Assembly (NCBI GenBank): GCA_000708835.1
Contig: DF237361.1
Coordinates: 18,789-82,788 of the forward strand
DNA: 64,000 nt
Reading direction: 5' to 3'
Source: Klebsormidium nitens
Taxonomy: Eukaryota; Plantae; Klebsormidiophyceae
Each line of letters opens with the position of its first letter. Within the stretch, counting starts at the first letter, position 1. The notes under the pieces are model-generated. The model worked only from the letters and a program-made list of their open reading frames with translations. It searched no databases and was not told the DNA's origin. The position numbers were made by a program, and so were the translations under genes. Shown here piece after piece: positions 38,557-49,907 of this stretch.

Positions 38557-40264
38557 ATGATCAAAGCGGTCCTAATTATCAACAATGTTGGGAAGCCGCG
38601 CCTGACAAAGTTCTATGAGCCAGTAGTAAGTCATTCTTGCGACTTTTAAGAAGCAAAATTGAATCTGTTGCTGGGGTTCATGTGGAATCTTGCCTGCTTG
38701 AATGATATCTCCGTTTCCATAAGTTGCTCCTATCAAATGTGTTATCTGTTTCCTATGTGGCAATATAAGATGAGAGCTCTCAGCAGCAGGACATGGTTGC
38801 GAGCAGTGCTTGCATTGGCCATTGCATCAGGGTTCGTGTCAGCATTGGCAACCTCCAGAGCGATTATCAGCACCTGCCCCTCTGACGAATTGTCGTCTCT
38901 GGGTCCGCTCAAGCATTGACCGTGAAGGGTGGTCAGGCCCTTCATGGGTCCGCTCAAGCATGTCACTCGCTTCAAGAGCAGGTGCAGGATTACGGTTCAA
39001 TCGGTTTCAAAAGGGACTGTGTGTAAGTGATACGCTCTTAAAGTGTGCAGGTTCCTGAGAAGCAGCGTGAACTCATTCGCACAACCTACTCGATCCTTTC
39101 AAAGAGGGCGGATAATCTGTGCAGCTTTGTTGAAGATGAGAGCGCTTTTGGCAAGGTGAGCGCAGCACTGCAAAGAGGGCACTCCCAGAGGATATTAATG
39201 GCAGCTCTTGAGAGGCTTGGTCAAGACAGGAGACAGTACATGCTGCTCGCATGTTTAGGTTGCAAGTCTTTTGTAATGATCCAGAAGATATGACCTTGGC
39301 GCACAGCAGCTAAACACAGCGATGAAATTCAAGCAGGTGATTCAGGAGAATTGATGACCATGCAAGGTGCTGGAGCATTCAGCCCCTCAAAAGCCTAGAC
39401 CTCTGAACTATGCAGGGAACGAAGGTGGTGTACCGTCACTATGCCACACTCTACTTTGTGTTCATTGTTGACAACACGGAGAGCGAGCTAGGCATCTTGG
39501 ACCTCATCCAAGGTGAGTGAATACAAATCTGGAGCCCTCACAAAAAGCGACCTCTTCTGTCCTGCTCTTCCACCTTAATATTCAAACTGATTGAGTCTGC
39601 TCTTGGATCAAGATCTGCTCATTTCTGCCTGGCAACATTCAAAAATGAGAGGTCCTTGCTGTGTTGCTGGTTCCAAACAGCCAGGGTTGCATTCTGCTTG
39701 TTCTTTGCTGTCGGTTTACACTAGTTTATAGCCTTCGGCAGGTCACCCGTCCGCGCGAACCTTTAGGCCCAAAATTCTTGAAATGAACAATCCTCATAAG
39801 CATCTTTCAAGATTCCTCGCAAATAAGTATACGGATATCTGACCGCTTCCACTCATAAGCCAACAGGAACTGCTCGGCTTGCTTGCCGCTTGCCACAAGC
39901 ATTTTAATGACGAGGCATCTTCCACTCCAATCTTGAACTTTTAAATGCTGCCTCAAAGTTTCCCTATTGACCAGAGTGGGGGCAAGAAGAAGCTTTATAT
40001 GGCTCCTATCAACAGCAGGGTAAAAGACGATTTCATAAGGCTCCAGTTTACCGCAAGGCAAAAGAAAGCTTTTGAATGCCGCCCTCTCTCTATGCAGTAT
40101 TCGTGGAGACACTCGACCGCGTGTTCCAGCACGTGTGCGAATTAGATCTGGTGCACAATTTCCCGCGCGCTAATGCCGTGCTGGACGAGATCGTGATGGG
40201 CGGCCAGGTGCTCGAGACCAACAGCGCCGATGTGGTCAAGGCACTCAGCGACATGCAAAAGTGA
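38557..40264 (+). CDS. AP3S: AP-3 adaptor complex sigma subunit. Exons: 38557-38625, 39051-39155, 39416-39512, 40098-40264 (a short extra terminal exon after the GT at 40261 is possible)
   Basis: MIKAVLIINNVGKPRLTKFY, VVYRHYATLYFVF.VD..ESELGILDLIQVFVETLD, VCELDLV and DEIVMGGQVLETN. Confidence 0.92.
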
Positions 40265-41499
40265 GGCCCTAGATCATCTTCAAAACAAACGAAATTCATC
40301 AGGCGAAGTACATAGTCTATGCACAGAAGAAGAGGGGCGCGCTTGCTTGCATGTACATGGTCTGCGTTTTCGTCTTTTTCGAAAGCAGGGTCTTCTGTCT
40401 TTGTAAGGTGTCGTGTCTTTGCTTGAATGTGGCGTCTTAAACCTGACGTGTGAAATCAAGGGTTGTTCCTCAACAACCAGGCGTCCTTGAGATGAGGCTG
40501 ACTTGTGAAGGATGAGGACTGCTGGATTGATATCTCGAACGAATCCATGATTGATCCATCCTAGCTCGTACCTTTTGTGCAAGGGCGCCGTTTGGATCCG
40601 TCAACTACCCTTTCTGGGGTGATGTGAATATCTGCCGGCATTCAGTTACCGTTATATCTCCTCTGGCACAGCAAACTTCAAATCGATCTTGAAAAGACGG
40701 TCGTTCTTATTGAATGCAGGTTGGATAGGCAGCCGAGTGTGACCACCATCCGAGCACCCGGTGCTTTGCGAAGTTAAGTGAGTTCCAGAAACGTACCAAG
40801 TTCAGAGATTGGTAATTTCAGCCCTGCTCATCAAGTGCAGCTAGCAGCCCGCAAGACCATGTTTGACGCAATAATGGTCAAGCCGGGGTTTACAACGATG
40901 CATCGATGCAACGACGATCGATGCCATGGCCAGTCCAAAAAAATTGAACATGTTCATACCTGACAATTGCTTGACGACACTTTATCACCGGTACCGTCAT
41001 GAATAGAAATTGCCCGGCAATATAGAATCGACCATCGGTGTGATTTCAAGGTTTTCTGCAGCAGCTAGGATCGCTGGGTTATAGTCGGTCATGAAGAGCT
41101 TCTTGTTTGCAAAGGACATATACATATGCGTAATATATCGGATCGAATTTCTTTATACTCGTGTACAGAATCTTCATCCAGACATGCGCGTGAGGAAGCA
41201 TGTGAACATGGACGGCTGGGCATGCACTTGCACAACAGCTTTTCAACCCGTGCATGTGACATGCTGATTTTTGGAAAGTGGCTTATAATCTGGATGAGAG
41301 TAATTCGATTAAGAAGTGGGCGTACACCCGCATAATCGCATGTATCTCCAACACCAGTTCTTTCAGGATTGGGAACTCTTAGACAAAAGCATGCCGCGCT
41401 CCGAAGAGGTCTGACTTTGCAACGCAGCAAGGACAAGCGCCAATCGCTCGCTTACTTAAAATGGACAGCAAGTTCTGCATAAATGTGACACTGTCGTAC

Positions 41500-44032
41500 C
41501 TAGAACAGCAAAGGAACAATTGCTTTTCTTTCTTTAGGATAATCCTCGAACTTTGTAACGTACCATCGTCTTGCTAGCTGTGCAGCATATGTCAAGTTGG
41601 CGACCTACAAGACGAACGAAGCGAAACCTTCAGCAATGAATGGCTGGAGAGCTAATGGCCGTGACAATCGTAGAACGTGCCAACAACTCCGACAGCTTGG
41701 TTGAGTTGCTCCCAGTCAGAACAAGATACTTTCGGCTACTAGAGTACAGCCCAGATCGGGCAATGAGTAGAGCGGGACCCTACTTGTGCGTCCAAAGCCG
41801 GAGTGCCACAGAAACAGACTTTGGACCCTTCAAGGAAAGTGCTTGGAGTGAATCGGACAGCCGCTTGTCCTCGAAGCAACTTGTGAAGCATGTGTTCCAA
41901 GGCATGTGTCCAACTAGCCTCCGCTATGTTTGGTTCTTCAATTCATCATGCACTCCAACCCCTGCCTAAAGCTCCACCGAGCGAATCCAGAGGCTACAAA
42001 CAATTTTACAGGCTGAGAGAGAGTCTCTGTACCCGGAAAAAGCAATACTTACCACCCAGGAGAACATGAGCCAAATAGTGAGATCCTTTCCTTCACTCAC
42101 GACGACCAAACCTAGGTATAGAAGCTGCACACGAGGAGAGCACTCGTTGGAAACTACACGGAAGATGTTCACACCGTCCATAAGCAGAGGAAGAGCCTGC
42201 GCTTACAGCAGGGATATGCGGCGCAATCTCTTGTCTGATCCGTATGCACATGGTGGTGGCTGCGGCCACAAGCACGCGGTGAACGAAGTTGTACACATTG
42301 ACAAGCATTCGGAAGAGCCGTCGAGAAGAGCGACCTTACAATTTCTGCCAGGTAGTGCGGACAGGCGACCCATTCGAACCAGTCCCCCCGAGGGATTCTA
42401 TAGACCGGGATCTTGTCGAAGGGGCCTGACCGATGTCGTAGCCCAGCCTGCGTGCAACACTTTCCTGATCAGAAACCAGAAGGTTGGGAGTCGCGTCCAG
42501 AGATCGTCATCTGGTGGGCGAACTTTGTGAAGTCGTCAGATCCGCTTGAACGAAGACCTTTCAGAGCAGGCCCGCAACACGAAGAGCACAGCGCGTCACC
42601 CTGGGCCTTACTTCTGAAGGTGCGTTGCAAATCAAACGCAAAACGGCAAGGACTGATTACACTGCCGGGAGCAGTTTTTGTTTCAGCAATGAAACGAAGA
42701 CGTGGAGTGGACGATCGTGTTTCAAAGCAGTTCTTGCCAGCACAAAGCCAAAGATGCGCAGTCTGAGTTGCTCACCAAAATTTGCCCCAGTTGATGTTGC
42801 TTGATGTTGGCAAAGATAAAGAGGAGGCCTCCCAGCACTTCGTGCCAGGAGAAGAGGCCCCAGACCGTCTTCACCTTCTTGGAGCGGTGGACATAGAGGG
42901 TCAAAGGTGCCGCCACGTAGTAACTGCATAGAACGACTACTTGTCTAAGAAAACTCTCAGGCGCCGACCTGGTCGAAAGCAATTGCACCCTCACGTACCT
43001 TCAGCAGACTTCAAAAGGAAGAGTCTACTTGCGGAAGGACGTGAGGTACGAGCGCGCATCCTTTCAATCAACCTGCCCAAAAATCCTCGATTAGAATCTC
43101 AGTATGATTCAACTGAAAAAGTGACCAGAAACATGGGCGCAGAAGCTACTTACCAGAGGCCGTACACGTAACTCGCAATGTGCATCCTGGACCCCGGGGC
43201 GTGCTTCTCCAGCATCGTGCTTTCGCACAGCCGCCGAGCAGTGTGAACTAGCATGAGGGCCAGCAAGAAGATGGACTCCGCATGTTCGAAACCCTCAGCG
43301 AACGGGTGTGGTTTCTTGGGCTGGGGTGTGTCTGACGGTGAGGGCCAGAACCTGAAGTTCTCGGGATAGAACGTGTGGTGAATGAGGCCGAGGGTGCTCA
43401 TGAAGCCAACCAGGTAGAAATGGGAGAAGTAGTCCTGGGGGACCGTGACGTCCTGCACGCAGAAGAAGAGTGCTTACACGATGCTTGCGGCAAAGTGCTT
43501 ACATGATGCTCTTGTTGTTGGTCTCTGGTTCTGCTGTCCTGCGTTCTGAGGGCATGCGAGAGAGAAGGTTGACTTAGGATGTGCTGTGGCTTCTTAAGCC
43601 TCATGATGTCTGGACAGAAGTTTTTTTTAGTCACGCAGAAAGAGCATCTCGTTCAGCGATATGTTTGGTAGCAAACCCGTCACATTCAATCAAGTGATTG
43701 ATTAGCCACTCTACAGACTCTTGTGCTGGCAGAGCATGAATGATGGTCAATCATCTGACGTCAAATCGTATAGGCTCCATCATTGTCGCATCACTCACCC
43801 ACAAGCGGGCCAGGGGCCCCTTCTTCGCACCAGGATCGACTTTCTCAACAACCCGAAGCTTCCCCCGTCCCGCACTCTTCCGGAGGAAGCGCTGGTAGAA
43901 ACCAAATGGGAGAACACCCAGGACCACAAGAGTAGTTGACAGCAACCAGAAGACTCTCAGTGCGCCGATGAGAAAGCTCCCAGCCAGGGCGTCAGATAGA
44001 ACTGATGCGCCGGAATCCACTGCCTGTTCCAT
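41500..44032 (-). CDS. PPRD: Polyprenol reductase (SRD5A3/DFG10/PPRD; steroid 5-alpha-reductase family). Exons: 44032-43799, 43452-43154, 42923-42776, 42447-42340, 42124-42053, 41604-41500
   Basis: RGK, VPQDYFSHFY, HTARRLCES, SRMHIASYVYGL.YY, YRIPRGDWFEWVACPHYLAEI and VANL...WYVTKFEDYPKERKAIVP. Several hydrophobic segments. Confidence 0.9.
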
Positions 44033-45061
44033 CACTTCTGCAGATTGTCGACGAACTGACTCCTAGAAAGCCCTTGCCGATGACCCTTCAGCCCTTGGAC
44101 ATCTGGGTTCTCCCCTGCGAGGCAGATATGATTATACTTGTCTCAAAAACTTTGGTTGCTGTAATATGTGGCATCTGGTAGCTGGAATGTAGCAACATTC
44201 TTGACTACAGTAGAGAAAATCAGATGAAAAGCCTGAGAACATGGTGTACCTCAAAAGAAGTGCACACAGTATCGTCATCTAGAAGCTTGACCGCAAAATC
44301 GTCAGCAGCTGTTTGTTCCGCAGGGCTTTGTTTCTCAATGCGTCCAAGAACTACAGAGCAAATCCTTTGAAGTTACTGAGCTCACAGGTCTGCCACAAGG
44401 CATCAGGGGCAGGTCCGTCGAAGACAACGTCCCCGTCATTGACAACATCACTGACAAGGTTTTTAGAACCAGTCATTCTGCAATTCCCTGGACAAATCCC
44501 TGGATAGAATTACCTAGCTTCGAAACCAATGTTGAAGAAGTTGATGCTGTGCTGTTTCTTATCTTGCAGCTTCACTCATTGATATGTGGCGTAATAGCTT
44601 GGCAAGGTAATAACAGAGCCCAACTTTTTTAAAAGCAGGGAGGAATCACCTGTCAGTGTCACTCTCCCACCGCACTCTGAGCACTATAAAGTACTGCCGA
44701 AACGTTGGCTGCACAAAGTCTTGCACACCAGCACCAATCAGAAGAATGTGAGAAACTAACATTGACAGCTTACCAGCTTTGGCGCCTGCGCAGAATCCAG
44801 CACAATCGGCTCACAATTATGTTTTTTTCTAGCTGGCTCCGCCCCAACTTGAGCCCCTTCGAATGCAGACGCAAGGGGGGGAGCGAAAGCGAGAAAGGGA
44901 AGAATGGTGGAATGGAAGGGAAAAGAAGGGATCGCTGGAGGAATGAAAAGCAAAACAAGCACAACGTCTCAGACACGGGCGCCTACGACGATGTTTTGAA
45001 GGCGAATTTGTGGCGAATGTTGCTCTTCTAGCCAAAGACGTTGCACCGACCGGCTGTAAAC

Positions 45062-45620
45062 CAGGGATGCGGACAGGATTTTGCCCCGGGGCGCTTCTGC
45101 GCCCCGGGCCTTTGCCCTGGGGCGCTGGCCAGCTTCGCTGGGGCGCAGAAAGTAGTACCGGGCTCCAAATACGCCCGGTTCCCTTATCACGTGCTATATT
45201 ACGGGCCTGCATGAGACGCCTTATACTCCTCCAGAAGTTGAATTATCTATGGTACCTATTGGATCAAAACGCTACTGACTACATTTCGCTTATACAGGCA
45301 GTAGTTGCAAATATGTATAAGAAGATTTTCTCATCTGGCACAAATTGTCAGATAATGATCCGATAAAATGCTGGCAAGTAGGCACTTATAATACTGAGAT
45401 CCTCATCCAAATCGTCAGCCAGCGCTTATGGCATATGTCATCTCACCTGTAGTATAGCCTGTTCAAATTTTACCACATAAAGTATCCGAATATAGTCCAT
45501 ATTCATGCTTAGGCCCAGATTTGCCCGGGGGCGCTTCTGCGCCCCGGCCCTCTGCCCGAGGGCGCAGGATATTTCCCGGGGGCGCTCCGCGCCCCATTCT
45601 GCGCCCCGCCAGCACCCCTG
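45062..45620. mobile_element. Non-autonomous hAT-type DNA transposon (MITE-like, 559 bp)
   Basis: Termini CAGGGATGC (45062-45070) and GCACCCCTG (45612-45620) form an 8/9 inverted match. A perfect 8-bp flanking duplication CTGTAAAC lies at 45054-45061 and 45621-45628. GCCCC/GGGGC-rich subterminal repeats occur at both ends around an AT-rich core with no transposase ORF. Confidence 0.85.
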
Positions 45621-45964
45621 CTGTAAACCGCAAGAACGCCTAGATCTTGCGGAAGCGCACTTTCAGCAAAATTTCGGAGAACCCGCTCCGGATACCGTTT
45701 CTTGGGCACATTTAACTTTTATGTAGATTCCAGGGATTTGTTGCCATTTCCCCATCCTGCCCCTTTCACATTCTAGCTGCCGCTTCCCATTCTGCCCCAT
45801 GTGCACAGGTTCTGCGGTGAAGAGGTGTGTCGTTGGTAGCAGCTAGAGAGTCGATTCCTTCTACGTGCAAGCATAGGAAAGGAAAGAGCAAGGTACCAGC
45901 TTGCTTGTTTGGTGCGAGGCGAACGAAGGCCGCGCACTTTGACCTGCGGGCTAGCGTGCTAAAG

Positions 45965-48693
45965 ATGGGGCATCAGGATGTTGACACTCTTTCTGCAGAA
46001 TGGAAGGAGTTGACGCAGCCACAGGGTGCTCCGCTGGCACGCAGCTCGCATGCTGTTGCAGTGATTGGAAGCAAGGTGGGCTGGCAGTTTCCATCAGTCC
46101 TTGGAGGATAGGACAAGCCCACAAACCTTTGCTGGTTCCTAAACCCAGCAGAATGTGAGGGTCACAAGTAAGCATGAAGGATGCTTGCGAGACTCTGACC
46201 TCATAAACAGTCAATGCAGCTAAACGTCAGACTGTTGTGCTCAGAGGGCTGACCATTTCGAAAAAGACAAACCTGTGGAAGTTGCCAGTCATACTTTTTG
46301 AGGCCAGGGATAATCTGGTCCAGAATCTGGCGAAAGGGCAAGCTTTTTGGTGCTTATACTCCAGATGCGCACTGCTTCGTGAAAGTTGCATTTGCTTTAT
46401 GCCATTGAGTACGGTGATTGAGTGAATGTCAACATCTAACTAGATTAGGTGCCTTTGGATAGGATTGATGCATTGATGAAGCGGCTGACTTGCCTTGTGA
46501 AACCTGGTGGGTAAAAAAGCTGGGTTTGCATACTCACCTGCTCTGGTGCGCCTAGCTTAAAAGAGCTTTGAAGCTGCTATTTCTGAGCACTGCTGTTTAG
46601 CCTTCCAGTCCACATTCCACAGGCCTATGTATTTGGTGGCGAGCACAAGCCGCGGGTGCCGATCGACAACTCCCTCCACGTCTTTGACCTCAACCAGCAG
46701 GCTTGGTATGTGGAGATAGCGAAGGGCACTGCCCCCCCGGCACGCCTGGGCGTCACACTGGTGGCTGTGGGCAAGACGCTGTTTATCTTTGGAGGTGCGA
46801 GGCTTTGCTATCTGAAGGAGGAAGTTAGATTCGTTGTTCAGAGATTGATACCCGAAAAGTCCGAAGAGGAAGCTTGGTTTTGCCATGAGCTTGATGTTGA
46901 CATGTGGGTAAAGATTAGTGACCTCACAGTCTCTAGCTGGATATGGCATTCGGACATACCCACGTAGGCTATATCAATGAGCATACGTCCATTTCAACTT
47001 TCTGCTTTTCTTTCTTTCGTTCTGTCCCAGAACGACACCTCAGACCGGGAGCCTTTCATTTGTACCACATGATTGTGCATCACATTTGCCCAACATTCCC
47101 TGTTTAGCTCCCACCACCTAGGGTGCCTGGACTGACATGAGATTTGTCTGTGCAGGCCGGAACGGTGATAAGAATGAGCTGTCCAACCTGTATGCTTTCA
47201 ATACTGCTGCTGGCGAGTGGCGGGACCTGACTGATCTCCCAGGAGCGCCGGCGGGGCGGTCGTACCACGCCGCGGTGGCGGACGAAAAGCGCAAGTCCTT
47301 CTTCGTGTTTGGCGGGTGCGCGGCGGACGGGAGGCGCAACGACCTGTACGAGTTTGACACCAGGGCAGAGGCGTGGACGTCCTACCCGACGTCAGCGGAG
47401 CTTCTTCCGAGGGGCGGGCCGGGATTGGCGGTGGTGAGAGAGAAGGTGTACGTTCTCTTTGGTGAGTGGCGCCTATTTCGGACTGACTATTTCCAAGCGT
47501 CTTACACTGGTTGGTGGTGGCGTTCAGACGAAGCTTCAAACAGATGCTATGCTGATGATCCTCAAGCGAGAAGCGCTGCAACCTTTGCTCAACCGTATTC
47601 CCGTTCACATTCTGTGGTCCTTCCGAAAACGACGTTCAAGATTTGCATTCGTGTAAGCTTGAAAGCAAATTCGAGTGGACTGGCGGATGTCAATCGAACA
47701 GCTGAGATGGCAGAAGTAGGAAGTTAAACGGCTCCAAGGACCTCGTATGAATTCAAATCGGGTCTCGTTTTTTGAGTCTTTCACCACTGTCATCCTCAGG
47801 GTTTTCTGGTAAGGAGCAGGGCGACATCCATGCGTTCGACCTGAAGTCCCAGACGTGGCAGCAGCTGGAGACGAGTGGCGAAACGCCCACTCCTAGAAGC
47901 GTGCTCGGCGTAACGTCCTTCAATGACCGATACATCGTGGCCTTCGGTGGAGAGGTAAGATCCGGCCGCACAGCAACCTGAGCTCCTCCGTCGTTTTCGT
48001 GTCATTGCAAAGGGGCTTGTGCAAGTCTCCAACCTGTCCTCTTCGCTTCAGCTTTGCTGACTCATGCAGGGCTTTTTCATTGGAGTAGCCGCCTTTCATG
48101 ACTCCTCGTTGACATGTTACCCAATTCACTACTTAACAACAATCGGTAGACTTAGACTGACAGGAGTAGAAAAAATGGCAAGAAGAGCCCGGATGGATCG
48201 TTCCAAAGGTGGACTGGTAGTCGCGCTAGATCAATGTACATCTTCAGAATCACATCATCCGTAAAGAGGCGTTGTCTTATCCCGTGCAAACTGAATCTTG
48301 TCCACGTCAAACATTGAACAGAAGCATGTCTGCCTGTGTTCTTTGGGACCCACCCGCATCTATGTCATCAGTGCTAACATTCACGGAACCTAATTGTTGT
48401 CCTCCAACTTCAATCTACTCTGAAATCCGTTCTACATTCCATCTCAGTCCGATCCGAGCGATAAGGGCCACGAGGGCGCCGGCGCATTTTCCGACGAAGT
48501 TTTCATTCTTGACACCACGTCGCTGCGGTGGTCGAGACCTGAGTTGCGGACGGAGGTTGGTGCCAAGCCGCCCTGTGCGCGCGGCTGGTTTGCATTCGCT
48601 CCAATCGGAAGGTCCATGTTTATCTACGGCGGAAACTCAGAAACGAACGAGAGGCTTGATGACTTACACCTCCTTACTGTCGGCACTGCGTAG
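45965..48693 (+). CDS. Kelch-repeat beta-propeller, nitrile-specifier-protein (NSP5)-like. Exons: 45965-46075, 46623-46794, 47156-47461, 47800-47954, 48448-48693
   Basis: Six kelch blades: P.ARSSHAV..IGSKAYVFGGE, PPARLGVTLVAVGKTLFIFGG, RSYHA...FVFGGC, RGGPGL...YVLFGFSG, RSVLG...VAFGGESDPSDKGHEGAG and ARGWFA...IYGGNS. Confidence 0.88.
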
Positions 48694-48985
48694 CATATTC
48701 CAGCTAGGAACTGCCACCTTTTGAGTACCCGTGTAGCTTCCGAGGACTTTGCCTGCTCGCGAATCTTTGATTTGAACAACCTTCATGCCCATCCTGATTC
48801 TCGATGTAGATGTTTGTAATAGCAAGGCAAAAGATGAAGATTAGGAACGCGCAGACGTCAATCTGGAGCTCAATATGAGCATCCTCTAGTGTAGTGCTGC
48901 AGTGCAGCCGGTACGGTCATTTCAAGCCTTCCAGAAGTGTCCATCGTTGTGCTTGTTTGTCCCGACACGTATACATATGCGAAGC

Positions 48986-49100
48986 AGGGGGAAGGAAGGA
49001 GGAGGGAGAAGGAGCGGGGGGGAGGATGGGGAAGGGATGGGGAAAGAGGGATGAGAAGCGGAAGGAGGAGGAGGGACCGGAGGGGCGAACGTGATAGAGG
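48986..49100 (+). other. G/A-rich polypurine tract containing a canonical G-quadruplex motif (49016-49050)
   Basis: G7-AGGAT-G4-AA-G3-AT-G4-AAAGA-G3, downstream of the kelch gene stop codon in a convergent spacer. Confidence 0.6.
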
Positions 49101-49907
49101 GAGGGCGTCGAGCCTCAGGCCCATCGAGGTTTATGTTGCACAGACGTGCTGGCAAAACGAAGAAGTCAGGCTTTATCTGGACACACTTACACATTTGTAC
49201 GGAGCCGGTTTGTACGCCGTGCAATCCTTGGTCGTATTCAGCCGCCTTTTCTTCATGGTCCATGTTGACGCGTAGAAAAGTCTCGTATGGCAACCATTAG
49301 GTCGCATAATCGATGCCCGGCTAGCTAGCTGCAGATTCGAGTGATATATCCATAAATTTGCTGAGCCCAAAGCAATCATTAATGCCTATGTCACGACACT
49401 GTGAACATTGCATGCTGCCGCACTGCATGAGTCACGTCCTCATAGTGAGCGCCTCGACCTCTAGCGCTTTCTGAATATATGTACTTAGTCTGTCATATAT
49501 AATCAATCCGCATAAGCTGTCCGCGCGGTTGGATTGCAGCATGAGCACTAGGCGGCTAGCTGAAGTATCATGCATGTTGTGAAAATCTAGCTTCATGCCG
49601 CCGCGGTAGTGACCATTTCAAGTTTTGAACATGTCCGACATACAGGTTCTGCATGTGACCAGTATGACCGTCGTGCAACCATTCAATGACTGCAGCAAGA
49701 CATGGCTCATGCATGGCCAGGCCGCCGGGCCACATTTGTGTGCACCATAACCGGTCATGGCATGTGCGCAGCCGCAAAACAATCTCAAAGTAACGGAGAG
49801 CTCATATCTGGAGGCCCCACTTGGGAGTTGCTCATTGAAATAGCATTAAGATCAATAAGGCGGAAAAGCAACTTGTCCCGAAGAGCATATGTTGCAGTCA
49901 TCAGGTA

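Noticed and set aside
38700-38900. Intronic C/D-box snoRNA in AP3S intron 1
   Set aside because: No convincing RTGATGA C box paired with a CTGA D box and terminal stem.
44949-44965. 14-bp match AAACAAGCACAACG with the reverse strand near 48945-48960
   Set aside because: Several 14-mer matches are expected by chance in 64 kb on both strands, and the flanks do not align.
48870-49379. Several short ORFs and a GTAAGT donor-like site in the kelch / ZRSR2 spacer as a small gene
   Set aside because: No recognisable domain, and much of the ORF length comes from the low-complexity purine tract.
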